A stretch of DNA of 24,000 bases, taken from positions 3,308 through 27,307 of the forward strand of contig JAGHSA010000007.1 of the NCBI GenBank assembly GCA_018066125.1. Reading direction: 5' to 3'. This stretch comes from Candidatus Cryptobacteroides onthequi (GTDB lineage: Bacteria; Bacteroidota; Bacteroidia; Bacteroidales; UBA932). Shown here in pieces: positions 7,703-16,947 of this stretch. The stretch's first letter is position 1, and every line of letters begins with the position of its first letter. The notes beneath the pieces are model-generated. The model made no database searches. It saw nothing but the letters and a program-made list of their open reading frames with translations, and was not told the origin of the DNA. Position numbers and translations under genes: made by a program.

Positions 7703-8535
7703 CGTGCGCACCGGTCAACAGGATCATACCGCTGAGCGTGGTGGACGGACCCGGGAACCGCACTGCAGTGTTCCTCCAGGGCTGCAACATCGCCTGCGCC
7801 TACTGCCACAATCCGGAGACACAGCACAGCTGCATCAGCTGCGGTGAATGTGTCGGCGGGTGCCCTTCGGGGGCCCTGGGCATTGTGGACGGTAAAGTGA
7901 GCTGGGACAGCGCCAGATGCATCATGTGCGACCGCTGCATAAAGACCTGCCCCCGCAATGCATCACCGAAGGTGAAGCAGATGAGCGTGGAAGAGGTGAT
8001 GGATGAGATCCGGCGCAATGTCCCGTTCATCCGCGGCATCACGGTCTCCGGCGGAGAGTGCATGCTCCACGCCGGCTTTGTCGAGGAGCTGTTCCGCGCC
8101 GCCAGGGCAGAGGGACTCGGCACCCTGATCGACTCCAACGGCACAGTGGACTTCTCGCGCCATCCGGGGCTCATGTCCGTCACCGACGGAGTGATGCTGG
8201 ATGTGAAGAGCTGGGATGAAGACGCATTCCGCAGGCTGACCGGAGCATCAGGAGCCATGGTGAAAAGAAACCTGCGCTACCTGGCGGAGACCGGCAGGAT
8301 AGAGGAGCTGCGCATAGTGTGCCTGGATGGCGAGGTCGATGCAGAAGCAGTCATCCGCGGCATTGCGGAGACGATACCCGGTCATTTCAGGGATATTCCC
8401 CTGAAGCTCATACGCTTCCGCCCGCACGGGGTGAGAGGCAGGCTTGAGGGGCACGCGGGACCTGATGACGGGACAATGGAAAGATACAGGGAAACTGCCA
8501 TACAAAACGGATTCAACAAAGTTATCATAAGATGA
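7699..8535 (+). CDS. yjjW: YjjW-family glycyl-radical-enzyme activating enzyme (radical SAM)
   Basis: The N-terminus SVVDGPGNRTAVFLQGCNIACAYCHNPET carries the CX3CX2C cluster (7783..7806). Two extra ferredoxin-like Cys motifs follow (CISCGECVGGCP and CIMCDRCIKTCP), then GGE (VSGGEC). I set the start at the ATG at 7699, which overlaps the yjjI stop (ATGA). Confidence 0.8.
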   Translation: MTCAPVNRIIPLSVVDGPGNRTAVFLQGCNIACAYCHNPETQHSCISCGECVGGCPSGALGIVDGKVSWDSARCIMCDRCIKTCPRNASPKVKQMSVEEVMDEIRRNVPFIRGITVSGGECMLHAGFVEELFRAARAEGLGTLIDSNGTVDFSRHPGLMSVTDGVMLDVKSWDEDAFRRLTGASGAMVKRNLRYLAETGRIEELRIVCLDGEVDAEAVIRGIAETIPGHFRDIPLKLIRFRPHGVRGRLEGHAGPDDGTMERYRETAIQNGFNKVIIR

Positions 8536-10106
8536 AAAAGACAGTACTCATCGCAATGGCCCTGCTCTCGGGAGTTGTCCTGAAGGCGCAGGACGAAGAG
8601 CATTCAGGACTGGAGTGCACAAGTATCATGGTGGGCCGCAAGGCCAGCACCGACGGATCGGTCATCACCTCACACACCTGTGACGGCACCTCCCACACAT
8701 GGGTGGAGATCGTCCCTGCAGCCGATCACCGCAAGGGTGAGATGACTCCCCTGCGCAAGGACTGGCGCAAGACAAGATACATCACCGACACCGTCGGGAT
8801 CAAGATCGTGGGCGAGATTCCTCAGGTTAAGCACACATATTCATATGTGAACACCGGATACCCTTCCCTCAACGAGAAGCAGCTCGGCATCGGTGAGACC
8901 ACATGGTCTGGACCTGACACCCTGATCAACCGCAAGTCTCCCCTCCTGATCGAGGAACTCTGCCGCCTCGCTCTCGAGCGCTGTGACAACGCCCGCGACG
9001 CCGTCCGCCTGATGGGTGAGATTTCCGAGAAATACGGCTACGGCGACGGAGGAGAGTGCCTCACCGTCGGCGACCCGAATGAAGTATGGCAGTTCGAAAT
9101 CACCGGCAACGGCAAGCATGCCACCGGTGCCATCTGGGTGGCACAGCGCATACCTGATGACCACATCGGAGTCTCAGCCAACATCCCGCGCATCGGAAAG
9201 TTCGACCGCAGCGACAAGGAGAACTTCATGGCTTCCGACAATGTGGAGCAGGTCTGCAGGGAGCACGGCCTCTGGGACGGCGAAGGTGATTTCGTATTCT
9301 GGAAAGCGATGAACTGCGACTACGCAAAGGGCAAGAACTTCCGCGAGAGGGACTTCCACGTGTTCAACATGCTCGCGCCGTCACTCGGCCTGACCTACGA
9401 CATGGATGAGATCCCATTCTCCGTGAAGCCTGACGCACAGGTGGATGTAAGGGACGTCATGAGACTCTTCAGAGACACCTACGAGGGCACAGATTTCGAC
9501 ATGTGCAAGAACTGGAACATGGAGGTACCTGCCAAGGACACCATCCCTGCACACATCGAGGTGAGTCCTCTTGCGAACCCATGGCTCACCACCAACATGC
9601 GCAATACCCTCAACACCATCGCTCCTGGCACTATCGAGTTCACCCGCACCCTTGCGGTGGCATGGTGTTCATACTCTACCGTCATCCAGCTCCGCAGCTG
9701 GCTTCCTGACGGCATCGGCGGAGTGTGCTGGTATTCAGTGGACAACCCGGCCCAGAGCCCGCGCATCCCTATCTATTGCGGAGGATCCAAGCTTCCTTCA
9801 GCATTTGAGAAGTGCGGCCAGAAGGTGTATGACCGCGACTGTGTACTCTGGCAGTTCAGACGTGCCAACAAGCTCGCGACCCTCTCATGGCAGACCACCA
9901 AGAAGGAGTTCAACGAGAACGTGATGGAGATGGAGAACCTTCTCCTCGACGGCCAGGCAGAGCTCGAGAAGAAGTATCAGAGCGCCAAGAAGGCAGACAA
10001 GGCCGGAGTGCTCGACGCCTACACCGCAGACTTCTACAAGCAGTGCGCAGAGCGCTGGGACGGCCTCGAAGTCAAGTACTGGATGATGTTCGGCCGCGGC
10101 TTCTAG
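8532..10106 (+). CDS. Peptidase family C69 dipeptidase, exported
   Basis: A signal peptide (MKKTVLIAMALLSGVVLKAQ) is followed by the C69 nucleophile region ECTSIMVGRKASTDGSVITSHTCDG. The start overlaps the yjjW stop (ATGA at 8532..8535). Confidence 0.85.
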   Translation: MKKTVLIAMALLSGVVLKAQDEEHSGLECTSIMVGRKASTDGSVITSHTCDGTSHTWVEIVPAADHRKGEMTPLRKDWRKTRYITDTVGIKIVGEIPQVKHTYSYVNTGYPSLNEKQLGIGETTWSGPDTLINRKSPLLIEELCRLALERCDNARDAVRLMGEISEKYGYGDGGECLTVGDPNEVWQFEITGNGKHATGAIWVAQRIPDDHIGVSANIPRIGKFDRSDKENFMASDNVEQVCREHGLWDGEGDFVFWKAMNCDYAKGKNFRERDFHVFNMLAPSLGLTYDMDEIPFSVKPDAQVDVRDVMRLFRDTYEGTDFDMCKNWNMEVPAKDTIPAHIEVSPLANPWLTTNMRNTLNTIAPGTIEFTRTLAVAWCSYSTVIQLRSWLPDGIGGVCWYSVDNPAQSPRIPIYCGGSKLPSAFEKCGQKVYDRDCVLWQFRRANKLATLSWQTTKKEFNENVMEMENLLLDGQAELEKKYQSAKKADKAGVLDAYTADFYKQCAERWDGLEVKYWMMFGRGF

Positions 10107-10117
10107 CACATAATTGA

Positions 10118-10190
10118 CACAAAAAAGCCTCCCTGCATGGCAAAACAGACTGACAGTCTGGGAATTGACATGCAGGGAGTGCTTTTTGTG
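10118..10190. terminator. Bidirectional intrinsic terminator: a long imperfect hairpin with a nested inner hairpin
   Basis: The left arm is CACAAAAAAGCCTCCCTGCATG (10118..10139) and the right arm is CATGCAGGGAGTGCTTTTTGTG (10169..10190). The core CTCCCTGCATG/CATGCAGGGAG pairs perfectly over 11 bp. An A-tract on the left and a T-tract on the right give a U-run in both directions. The loop contains a second palindrome, CAGACTG-A-CAGTCTG (10146..10160). The element lies between convergent genes. Confidence 0.6.
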
Positions 10191-10203
10191 TCAGATGACA
10201 GGA

Positions 10204-11349
10204 TTACTGGATATTGTCAATCTTGATGACAGGGTGCTTGTCGAGACCGTACCACATGTTCTGGACGGTGAAGCTTAGATCCTTTCCTGCAGGGAGGCTG
10301 ACCAGCACAGAGCACATGCCGTCGACCTTGATGCCGGTGACCATATCCTCAGTGATGAGATAGTATGGGAGGGATGACTTGTTGGTGACAAGGATGCTCC
10401 TCTTGCCGTTCTTCTCGGTAGAGACTGTCTTGAACTCCATGGATGCCAGGAAGAACTTCTCGAGCAGTTCCTGTCTGCCGCAGATGTCTCCGAAACCGTA
10501 CGCAAGTGTCCTCTTGGCCAGAAGGGCCTCCTTGATGGACTCTGCAGAGCTGTCCTTGGCGAGGACGAATGTCATGTTGCGGAGCTGTCCGTAGTCACCG
10601 AACTTGTGGGCTATGGTGCTGTGGATGTCGGTACCTGAGCAGACGTAGAGGTTGTTGTTGATGGCATCCTCGATGTTTATCGGGTAGAACTCGGCGTCAT
10701 TGTAGCACTCCATACCGTCAAGAAGACCTTCGCTGATGGCACTCAGAGTGGTCGAAGTGAGCTTGGCATCATGACGTGCCCACCCCGGATGGTTGTTCTG
10801 CACGATGGCACCCTGCTTCTTGGCATTGCGGATGGCCTGGAGCGGGTCTGGGTCAGGGATGAGGTTGTTGTCTGTGGTGAAGAGGGCGTTGAAGTGGCCG
10901 ACTTCCTGTGCCGAGCGGGTGATCTCGGTCGCAGGGATGAGCGTGATACCGAGCGCCTCGGCTCTCGGGCGAGCAAGGTTTACGGATTTGTTGAGATCCA
11001 CAGACTCAGGCTTGTCAGCCTTTAGGTACGCCGCAAACTTCGCATCGCTCGGACGATATTCGATGTGGTCCGAGATGACAAGCGCGTCGAGTCCGTCTCT
11101 CCAGGCTTCCTTCACACGGAACTCCGGAGATGTGTCACCGTCGGAGTAGACAGTGTGTACATGGAGGTCGGTCTTCACCACCTTGAAGCCTTCGACATCA
11201 GGGATAACGATCTCATGCCTGGTCTCTGTGCGGAGGTTTCTGAAAAGGTCTGGGTTGGATCTGTCCTGCTGCTGGCTCATCTGCTGTGCGGATGCAATGA
11301 GGCAGGAAGAAACGGCTGCGATGCAGCTGATAAGTCTTCTAGTGTTCAT
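10204..11349 (-). CDS. PHP-domain metallo-phosphoesterase (Sb-PDE-like phosphodiesterase), probable lipoprotein
   Basis: The signal peptide has a possible lipobox (AAVSSC). The PHP signature TDLHVHTVYSDGD is present, followed by ISDHIEY, NHPGW and GTDIH metal-ligand-like motifs. Confidence 0.65.
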   Translation of the reverse strand: MNTRRLISCIAAVSSCLIASAQQMSQQQDRSNPDLFRNLRTETRHEIVIPDVEGFKVVKTDLHVHTVYSDGDTSPEFRVKEAWRDGLDALVISDHIEYRPSDAKFAAYLKADKPESVDLNKSVNLARPRAEALGITLIPATEITRSAQEVGHFNALFTTDNNLIPDPDPLQAIRNAKKQGAIVQNNHPGWARHDAKLTSTTLSAISEGLLDGMECYNDAEFYPINIEDAINNNLYVCSGTDIHSTIAHKFGDYGQLRNMTFVLAKDSSAESIKEALLAKRTLAYGFGDICGRQELLEKFFLASMEFKTVSTEKNGKRSILVTNKSSLPYYLITEDMVTGIKVDGMCSVLVSLPAGKDLSFTVQNMWYGLDKHPVIKIDNIQ

Positions 11350-11366
11350 CTATATGGTTTTTGGTT

Positions 11367-11807
11367 CTACAATATCATAATCAACGTGCCGGCGAGAAGC
11401 ATGATGCAGCCCACTACTGTCTTCCATGTAAACGATTCTCCCAAGAATATCACCGCGAATATGATCGTGAGGACGAGGCTGCACTTGTCCACAGGAACTA
11501 CCTTGCTGGCGTCGCCGATCTTCAGGGCATAAAAATAGCAGAGCCACGATGCTCCTGTTGCCAACCCGGAGAGTATCAGGAAGAGCCAGCTTCGCGGGCT
11601 TATCGCTCTTATCATCTCCGTTAAAGAGCCGGCCTGAGCCTTTGTTGTCACAAAAACCAGCAGCCAGGACATCAGAAGCACGACGACGGTGCGGATTGCC
11701 GTGGCAAGATTTGAATTGACTCCATTGATTCCGACTTTGGCCAGAATGGATGTCGCAGCCGCAAACACGGCAGAAAGTATGGCAAACAACAGCCACATAC
11801 GCTTCAT
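11367..11807 (-). CDS. Single-EamA-domain (half-size DMT superfamily) membrane transporter
   Basis: The product is about 146 aa with five predicted TM helices and an EamA-like pattern (ILAKVGINGVNSNLATAIRT...LGESFTWKTVVGCIMLLAGTLIM). I set the start at the ATG at 11807 (MKRMWLLF...) because a TAnnTTTG box lies inside the longer ORF. It sits 17 nt upstream of the PHP gene, so the two are probably co-transcribed. Confidence 0.7.
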   Translation of the reverse strand: MKRMWLLFAILSAVFAAATSILAKVGINGVNSNLATAIRTVVVLLMSWLLVFVTTKAQAGSLTEMIRAISPRSWLFLILSGLATGASWLCYFYALKIGDASKVVPVDKCSLVLTIIFAVIFLGESFTWKTVVGCIMLLAGTLIMIL

Positions 11808-11845
11808 GATAAAACCGTTAATCGATATAAACAGAATGCCAGGCA

Positions 11846-11853
11846 CAAATATA
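11846..11853 (-). promoter_or_regulatory. Bacteroidetes -7 promoter box (TATATTTG on the minus strand) for the EamA-PHP gene pair
   Basis: Exact TAnnTTTG match, about 38 nt upstream of the ATG at 11807. Confidence 0.4.
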
Positions 11854-12000
11854 GACAATATTGCCTCAGTGGCAAAACCACGTGTCTGCTCAGTTGTCTC
11901 TTTCCCTGCAGGCGCATTCCTGTCAAGAAGAGCAAACCTCAAAACAATATTTTGCGTATATTAGCAAGGATAACCATACAATTCACAACCCATCTCCAGC

Positions 12001-14580
12001 ATGAAAAGAACTGTCGCAACAATAAGAAAAGCCCTTTTCACAGCTGCGCTGGCACTAGTCGCATCAGCAGCGCCCGCACAGCCGTGGCAACCGTCAGAAT
12101 GGCCTGTCCTGAAGCAATATGACAGCAGTCACCTCCGCCAGATTGCACTCCCCCTCGGAGGCATAGGCACGGGAGAGGTGTCGCTGGGAGGCAGGGGTGA
12201 GCTCCGCGACTGGGAGATCATGAACGTGCCGGCCAAGGGATTCAGCACCACGACCAAGGGCAACGACGCTCCCCTCTTCGCCATATATACGCGCCGCAAT
12301 GGCGGGGAGCCTCAATCAAAACTCCTCGCCGGTCCGCTCTACCCCGACGAATACCTCCACTATGAGGGACGCCCGGCGAACCACCACGGGTTCCCGCGCT
12401 TCGGCGAAGCCTCCTTTGATGCCGCCTACCCATTCGGGCAGGTGAACCTGTCCGACAAAGACATGCCGGTCAAGGTCCGCATCAAGGGATTCAATCCCTT
12501 CATCCCCGGCGACTCCGAAGCGAGCGGCCTGCCGGTAGCCGTGCTTTCGTATGAAGTCACCAACACCAGCGGCACGGAGGTCGAAGTGTCCGTCTGTGGC
12601 GCGATACATAACTTCATCGGCAAGGACGGGAGCAAGTTCAGGACCGACTGGAAGGGTGATTTCATACCCACAGGAGCATCCGGGAACGTGAATGAATTCC
12701 GGTCGGAATCCGGCCTGAACGCGATATATTTCTACTCGGAGGGAGTCGACTCTCTCGACACAGCGTGGGGCAACATGACGCTATCTACCGACAGCGAGGG
12801 CGACATTTCATACAGGACATTCACCACCGACAACAACTGGAGCAACTCAGCCCTCAATTTCTGGGACGATTTCAGCGACGACGGTGCCATATCGAACCCA
12901 CTCCCCAACCCACGCTGGTCCATCGGAGGTGCGGACGACCCTATGGGCGCACTCGCCGTGCGCAAGACACTTGCCCCTGGAGAAAGCCGCTGCTTCAATT
13001 TCTACCTGACATGGAACTTCCCCAACAGGAAATCTTGGTCGGAGTCCATCGTAGGAAACTGGTACAGCCAGAGATATCCGGACTCCTGGGAATCAGCGAA
13101 AGAAATCATCCCACAGATACCGTCGCTGGAGAAGCGCACGCTCACGTTTGTGAACGCGCTGCTGTCCTCATCATACCCGGAGGAAGTCAAGGAAGCAGCC
13201 CTATTCAACCTCTGCGTCCTCCGCTCACAGACAGTATTCCGCATCGCGGACGGACACATGATGGGCTGGGAAGGCATCATGGACAGATTCGGATCCTGTG
13301 CCGGAAGCTGCACGCATGTATGGAACTATGAGGTGGCCACGCCTTTCCTTTTCGGCGACCTTGCACGCACCATGAGAGATGTGGAGTTCCACTATGCACT
13401 CGGAGAGGACGGCGGGATGGACTTCCGCGCGAATCTTCCACTTGGAGCTATGCCTGACAAAAGCGTAGCGGCCGACGGGCAGATGGGATGCATCATGAAG
13501 CTCTACCGCGAATGGCAGCTCAGCGGCGACGATGACTTTCTTGCCGACTATTGGGACGCCTGCAAGAAGGCGCTCTCATTCGCATGGGCAGAGAAAGGAT
13601 GGGACGGCAACTGCGACGGAGTGATGGAAGGATCCCAGCACAACACCATGGACGTCAATTATTTCGGCCCCAATCCACAGATGGCGTTCTGGTATCTCGG
13701 TGCTCTCAGGGCCGCAGAGGAGATGGCAGTCGCTATGAAAGACAAGGCCTTTGCGGCCAAATGCCACAAACTCTTCACCGCGGGCAGCGCCTGGGTGGAC
13801 GCCAATCTCTTCAACGGAGAGTATTACGAGCACAAGATCACCGATCCCGACACATTTGAATTCCTCCCAGAGGGCTCCGACCGGGTACCGGCATTCCAGC
13901 TCGGCAAGGGCTGTCTCGTGGACCAGCTGGTGGGCCAGTACATGGCTCACATCTGCGGCCTCGGATATCTGGGCGACAGGGAGCATATACGCACTACATT
14001 GGAAAGCATCATGAGGTACAACTGGAGGGACAGCTTCGAGGGGCACTTCAACAACATGCGCTCATACGTCCTCGCGGACGAATCCGGCCTCCTCATGGCT
14101 TCATGGCCGAAAGGGAGGCTCGACGTGCCGTTCCCATATTTTCCGGAGGCAATGACTGGGTTTGAGTACTGCGCCGCTGTGGGAATGATCTATGAGGGCA
14201 TGACGGACGACGGACTGAAGTGCATCAGAGCCATACGTGACAGATTCGACGGCAGCAAGCGCAACCCTTTCAGCGAGCCGGAGTGCGGTCACCACTATGC
14301 AAGGTCCATGGCAAGCTGGGCATCAGTCATCGCGCTCAGTGACTTCCACTGGTCCGGTGTGGACGGCAGCTTCCGCATCACCGGAAAGCCAGGCACGTGG
14401 TTCTGGAGTAACGGTGCGGCATGGGGTACGGTCACAGTATCAGACACAAAAGCGGCCCTCAAGGTCATTGAGGGCCGGCTTAAGTTGAACAGCGTCCAGA
14501 TCGGAGAGAAGATCATCAAAGTCAAAAAGGGCACGATTCTCTCCGGGGATGGCGTAAATGAGCTGGTCTACGGCAACTGA
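12001..14580 (+). CDS. GH116-family glycoside hydrolase (GBA2-type beta-glucosidase / glucosylceramidase-like), exported
   Basis: A signal peptide is followed by the N-terminal domain signature LPLGGIGTGEVSLGGRGELRDWEIMN typical of GH116. The long C-terminal (alpha/alpha)6-like DUF608 region and the length (859 aa) also fit. Confidence 0.75.
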   Translation: MKRTVATIRKALFTAALALVASAAPAQPWQPSEWPVLKQYDSSHLRQIALPLGGIGTGEVSLGGRGELRDWEIMNVPAKGFSTTTKGNDAPLFAIYTRRNGGEPQSKLLAGPLYPDEYLHYEGRPANHHGFPRFGEASFDAAYPFGQVNLSDKDMPVKVRIKGFNPFIPGDSEASGLPVAVLSYEVTNTSGTEVEVSVCGAIHNFIGKDGSKFRTDWKGDFIPTGASGNVNEFRSESGLNAIYFYSEGVDSLDTAWGNMTLSTDSEGDISYRTFTTDNNWSNSALNFWDDFSDDGAISNPLPNPRWSIGGADDPMGALAVRKTLAPGESRCFNFYLTWNFPNRKSWSESIVGNWYSQRYPDSWESAKEIIPQIPSLEKRTLTFVNALLSSSYPEEVKEAALFNLCVLRSQTVFRIADGHMMGWEGIMDRFGSCAGSCTHVWNYEVATPFLFGDLARTMRDVEFHYALGEDGGMDFRANLPLGAMPDKSVAADGQMGCIMKLYREWQLSGDDDFLADYWDACKKALSFAWAEKGWDGNCDGVMEGSQHNTMDVNYFGPNPQMAFWYLGALRAAEEMAVAMKDKAFAAKCHKLFTAGSAWVDANLFNGEYYEHKITDPDTFEFLPEGSDRVPAFQLGKGCLVDQLVGQYMAHICGLGYLGDREHIRTTLESIMRYNWRDSFEGHFNNMRSYVLADESGLLMASWPKGRLDVPFPYFPEAMTGFEYCAAVGMIYEGMTDDGLKCIRAIRDRFDGSKRNPFSEPECGHHYARSMASWASVIALSDFHWSGVDGSFRITGKPGTWFWSNGAAWGTVTVSDTKAALKVIEGRLKLNSVQIGEKIIKVKKGTILSGDGVNELVYGN

Positions 14581-14589
14581 GTCTGCGAT

Positions 14590-16923
14590 TTAGAGTCTCA
14601 CTGACACAGGGACACCTGCCTTTGCCTTGACTGTCTTGACTTTGCCTCCGCAGCGGACACGCACCTTCGATGCATTGTCTGCCGTGATGGCGGCACATGT
14701 CAGCTTTCCGTCCTTCCATGCGATGTCCACGGTGTAGCCGCCGCGCGCACGGAGTCCCTTGATCTCACCGCTCGTCCATGAAGACGGAAGTGCAGGGAGG
14801 AGCACAATCTCACCGGAATGTGACTGAAGCAGCATCTCCGCAATGCCGGCACTGCCACCGAAGTTGCCGTCGATCTGGAATGGCGGATGGTTGTCGAAGA
14901 GGTTAGGGAGAGTGGACTTGGAGAGAAGCGCCTGTACATTGGATCCTGCCTCCTCACCGTCCATAAGACGGGCGTAAAAGTTGATCATCCACGCACGGCT
15001 CCATCCTGTATAAGATCCCCTGCGGGTCTCAGGATCCTCGTTGAACTTGCGGCGGCGCTCGATGGTGCGCTTTGCAGCAGTAAAGAGATCTGAGTCAGAT
15101 GATGTGATGGTGGTACCGGGATAGAGTCCGAACAGGTGGGACACATGTCTGTGACCCGGCTCTTCCTCTTCATAGTCCTCGATCCATTCCTGGATGGTGC
15201 CGTTTGCGCCTATGCGCAGAGGAGGGAGCTTGGCGTATGCAGCCTTGACCTCCTTGCAGAAATCAGCATCTACACCGAGAATGCCGGCAGCCTTGACGAT
15301 GGCGTTGAAGAGCTCCATGGTGATTTCGACATCCATGGTAGAACTGTATGTGATCCTGTATTCCTCGCCGTCAGGATGGATGTAGTGGTTCTCCGGAGAG
15401 TTGGAAGGAGCAGTCACGAGATGACCGTTCTTATCCTCTACCATGAAAGAGAGAAGGAACTCTGCAGACTCCTTCATGCAAGGGTATGCCACGTTCCTGA
15501 GGTACTCCAGATCTCCTGTGAAGAGATAGTGCTCCCACTGCTGGAGAGTGAGCCACGAGCCGGCAATAGGGAAAGTACCCCAGTCCACGGCGTCGCTGAT
15601 GGATGTATGGCCGAAGAGATCGGACACGTGGTTGACTGTCCATCCCTTGGCTCCGAAGGTCTTGGATGCGGTGACGCGTCCAGGTACACGGATGGCGTCT
15701 ATCCAGTGCGAGTATGGGAGTGCGGTCTCGGAGAGATTGCAGATCTCTGCCGGCCAATAGTTCATCTGGATATTGATGTTGGTATGGTAGTCAGAGTTCC
15801 ATGGTGCTTCCATGTCCTTGCACCATATGCCCTGGAGGTTGGCAGGAAGTCGTCCAGGAGCCCTTGAACTGCACATGAGCAGGTACCTGCCGAACTGGAA
15901 ATAGGTAGCGATGAGTGACAGGTCAGATGCACCTTCCTGCACGGCCTTGAGTCTCACGTCTGTAGCAACGTCGCTGAGATCTGAGTCTCCGAGAGTGAAT
16001 GACACGCGGTCGAACATGGACGCGAACTCCTGGAGGTGTCTGCTCTTGACAGAATCAAAGTCTCCGGCTGCGGCTATCTGGGCATTGCAGAGTGCCGCAG
16101 GGTCGATGCTGCGGTCGAAGTTGAGCTTGTCTGCATTGTAGTCGGTATTCATCGCTATGTAGAAGGTGACTTCATCTGCACCTTCGACATAGAAGCAGTT
16201 GTTTACAGCAGTCATGCTGCCACCTTTGCAGAAGCCCTTTATGAGACCGGCGAACTTCATGTGCAGGCCCGGAGGGCAATTCTTTCCGTTCGGAAGATCG
16301 ACTATCTGTCCTGAGATGGCCAGCGCATCCTTTCCTGCAGGACATGCATACGCATCCTGCTCACGGGTGTAGGTCATCTTGAAGTTCAGCCTGCCCGGCT
16401 TGTCCGCAGACATCCTTATCACGAGGATATCATCTGGAGCAGATGAGAACACCTCACGGGTGATGGTGGCGCCCCTGCTGGTGAAGACAGTCTTTGAGAC
16501 GCCTGTGGCAAGATCAAGCTCCCTGCGGTAGCTTTCCACGCCTGCACCGCCGATATGGTCGATCTTGAGGTCTCCGAATGACTGGTACGAGCGCACTCCC
16601 ATGACTTTGCCCATGAGCTTCGCCCTCGCAAGATCCCTTGCCTTCATTATCTGATCATCAAGCAGGAGCTTCTGAATCTCCGGGATCCACTTGGCAGCAT
16701 CGGCGTCACTGTCTGTCGGGCAGCCTGCCCAGAGGCTCTCCTCGTTGAGCTGAATGTCTTCATTCCAGCTGCCGCCATATACCATCGCACCTATGCGGCC
16801 GTTGCCGACCGGAAGGGCTTCATTCCAATTCCGTGCCGGCTGTGCATACCACAGGACATTCTGTGCCTGTGAAGAGACAGAAAACAATGACACGAGTATC
16901 GTCGCAAGAATAAACCTTTTCAT
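14590..16923 (-). CDS. GH95-family glycoside hydrolase (alpha-L-fucosidase / alpha-L-galactosidase type), exported
   Basis: A signal peptide is followed by the GH95 N-terminal signature [28 protein letters not shown]...[11 protein letters not shown]. The length is 777 aa. Confidence 0.9.
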   Translation of the reverse strand: MKRFILATILVSLFSVSSQAQNVLWYAQPARNWNEALPVGNGRIGAMVYGGSWNEDIQLNEESLWAGCPTDSDADAAKWIPEIQKLLLDDQIMKARDLARAKLMGKVMGVRSYQSFGDLKIDHIGGAGVESYRRELDLATGVSKTVFTSRGATITREVFSSAPDDILVIRMSADKPGRLNFKMTYTREQDAYACPAGKDALAISGQIVDLPNGKNCPPGLHMKFAGLIKGFCKGGSMTAVNNCFYVEGADEVTFYIAMNTDYNADKLNFDRSIDPAALCNAQIAAAGDFDSVKSRHLQEFASMFDRVSFTLGDSDLSDVATDVRLKAVQEGASDLSLIATYFQFGRYLLMCSSRAPGRLPANLQGIWCKDMEAPWNSDYHTNINIQMNYWPAEICNLSETALPYSHWIDAIRVPGRVTASKTFGAKGWTVNHVSDLFGHTSISDAVDWGTFPIAGSWLTLQQWEHYLFTGDLEYLRNVAYPCMKESAEFLLSFMVEDKNGHLVTAPSNSPENHYIHPDGEEYRITYSSTMDVEITMELFNAIVKAAGILGVDADFCKEVKAAYAKLPPLRIGANGTIQEWIEDYEEEEPGHRHVSHLFGLYPGTTITSSDSDLFTAAKRTIERRRKFNEDPETRRGSYTGWSRAWMINFYARLMDGEEAGSNVQALLSKSTLPNLFDNHPPFQIDGNFGGSAGIAEMLLQSHSGEIVLLPALPSSWTSGEIKGLRARGGYTVDIAWKDGKLTCAAITADNASKVRVRCGGKVKTVKAKAGVPVSVRL

Positions 16924-16947
16924 ATCTGATAATTTATGATCTGTATT

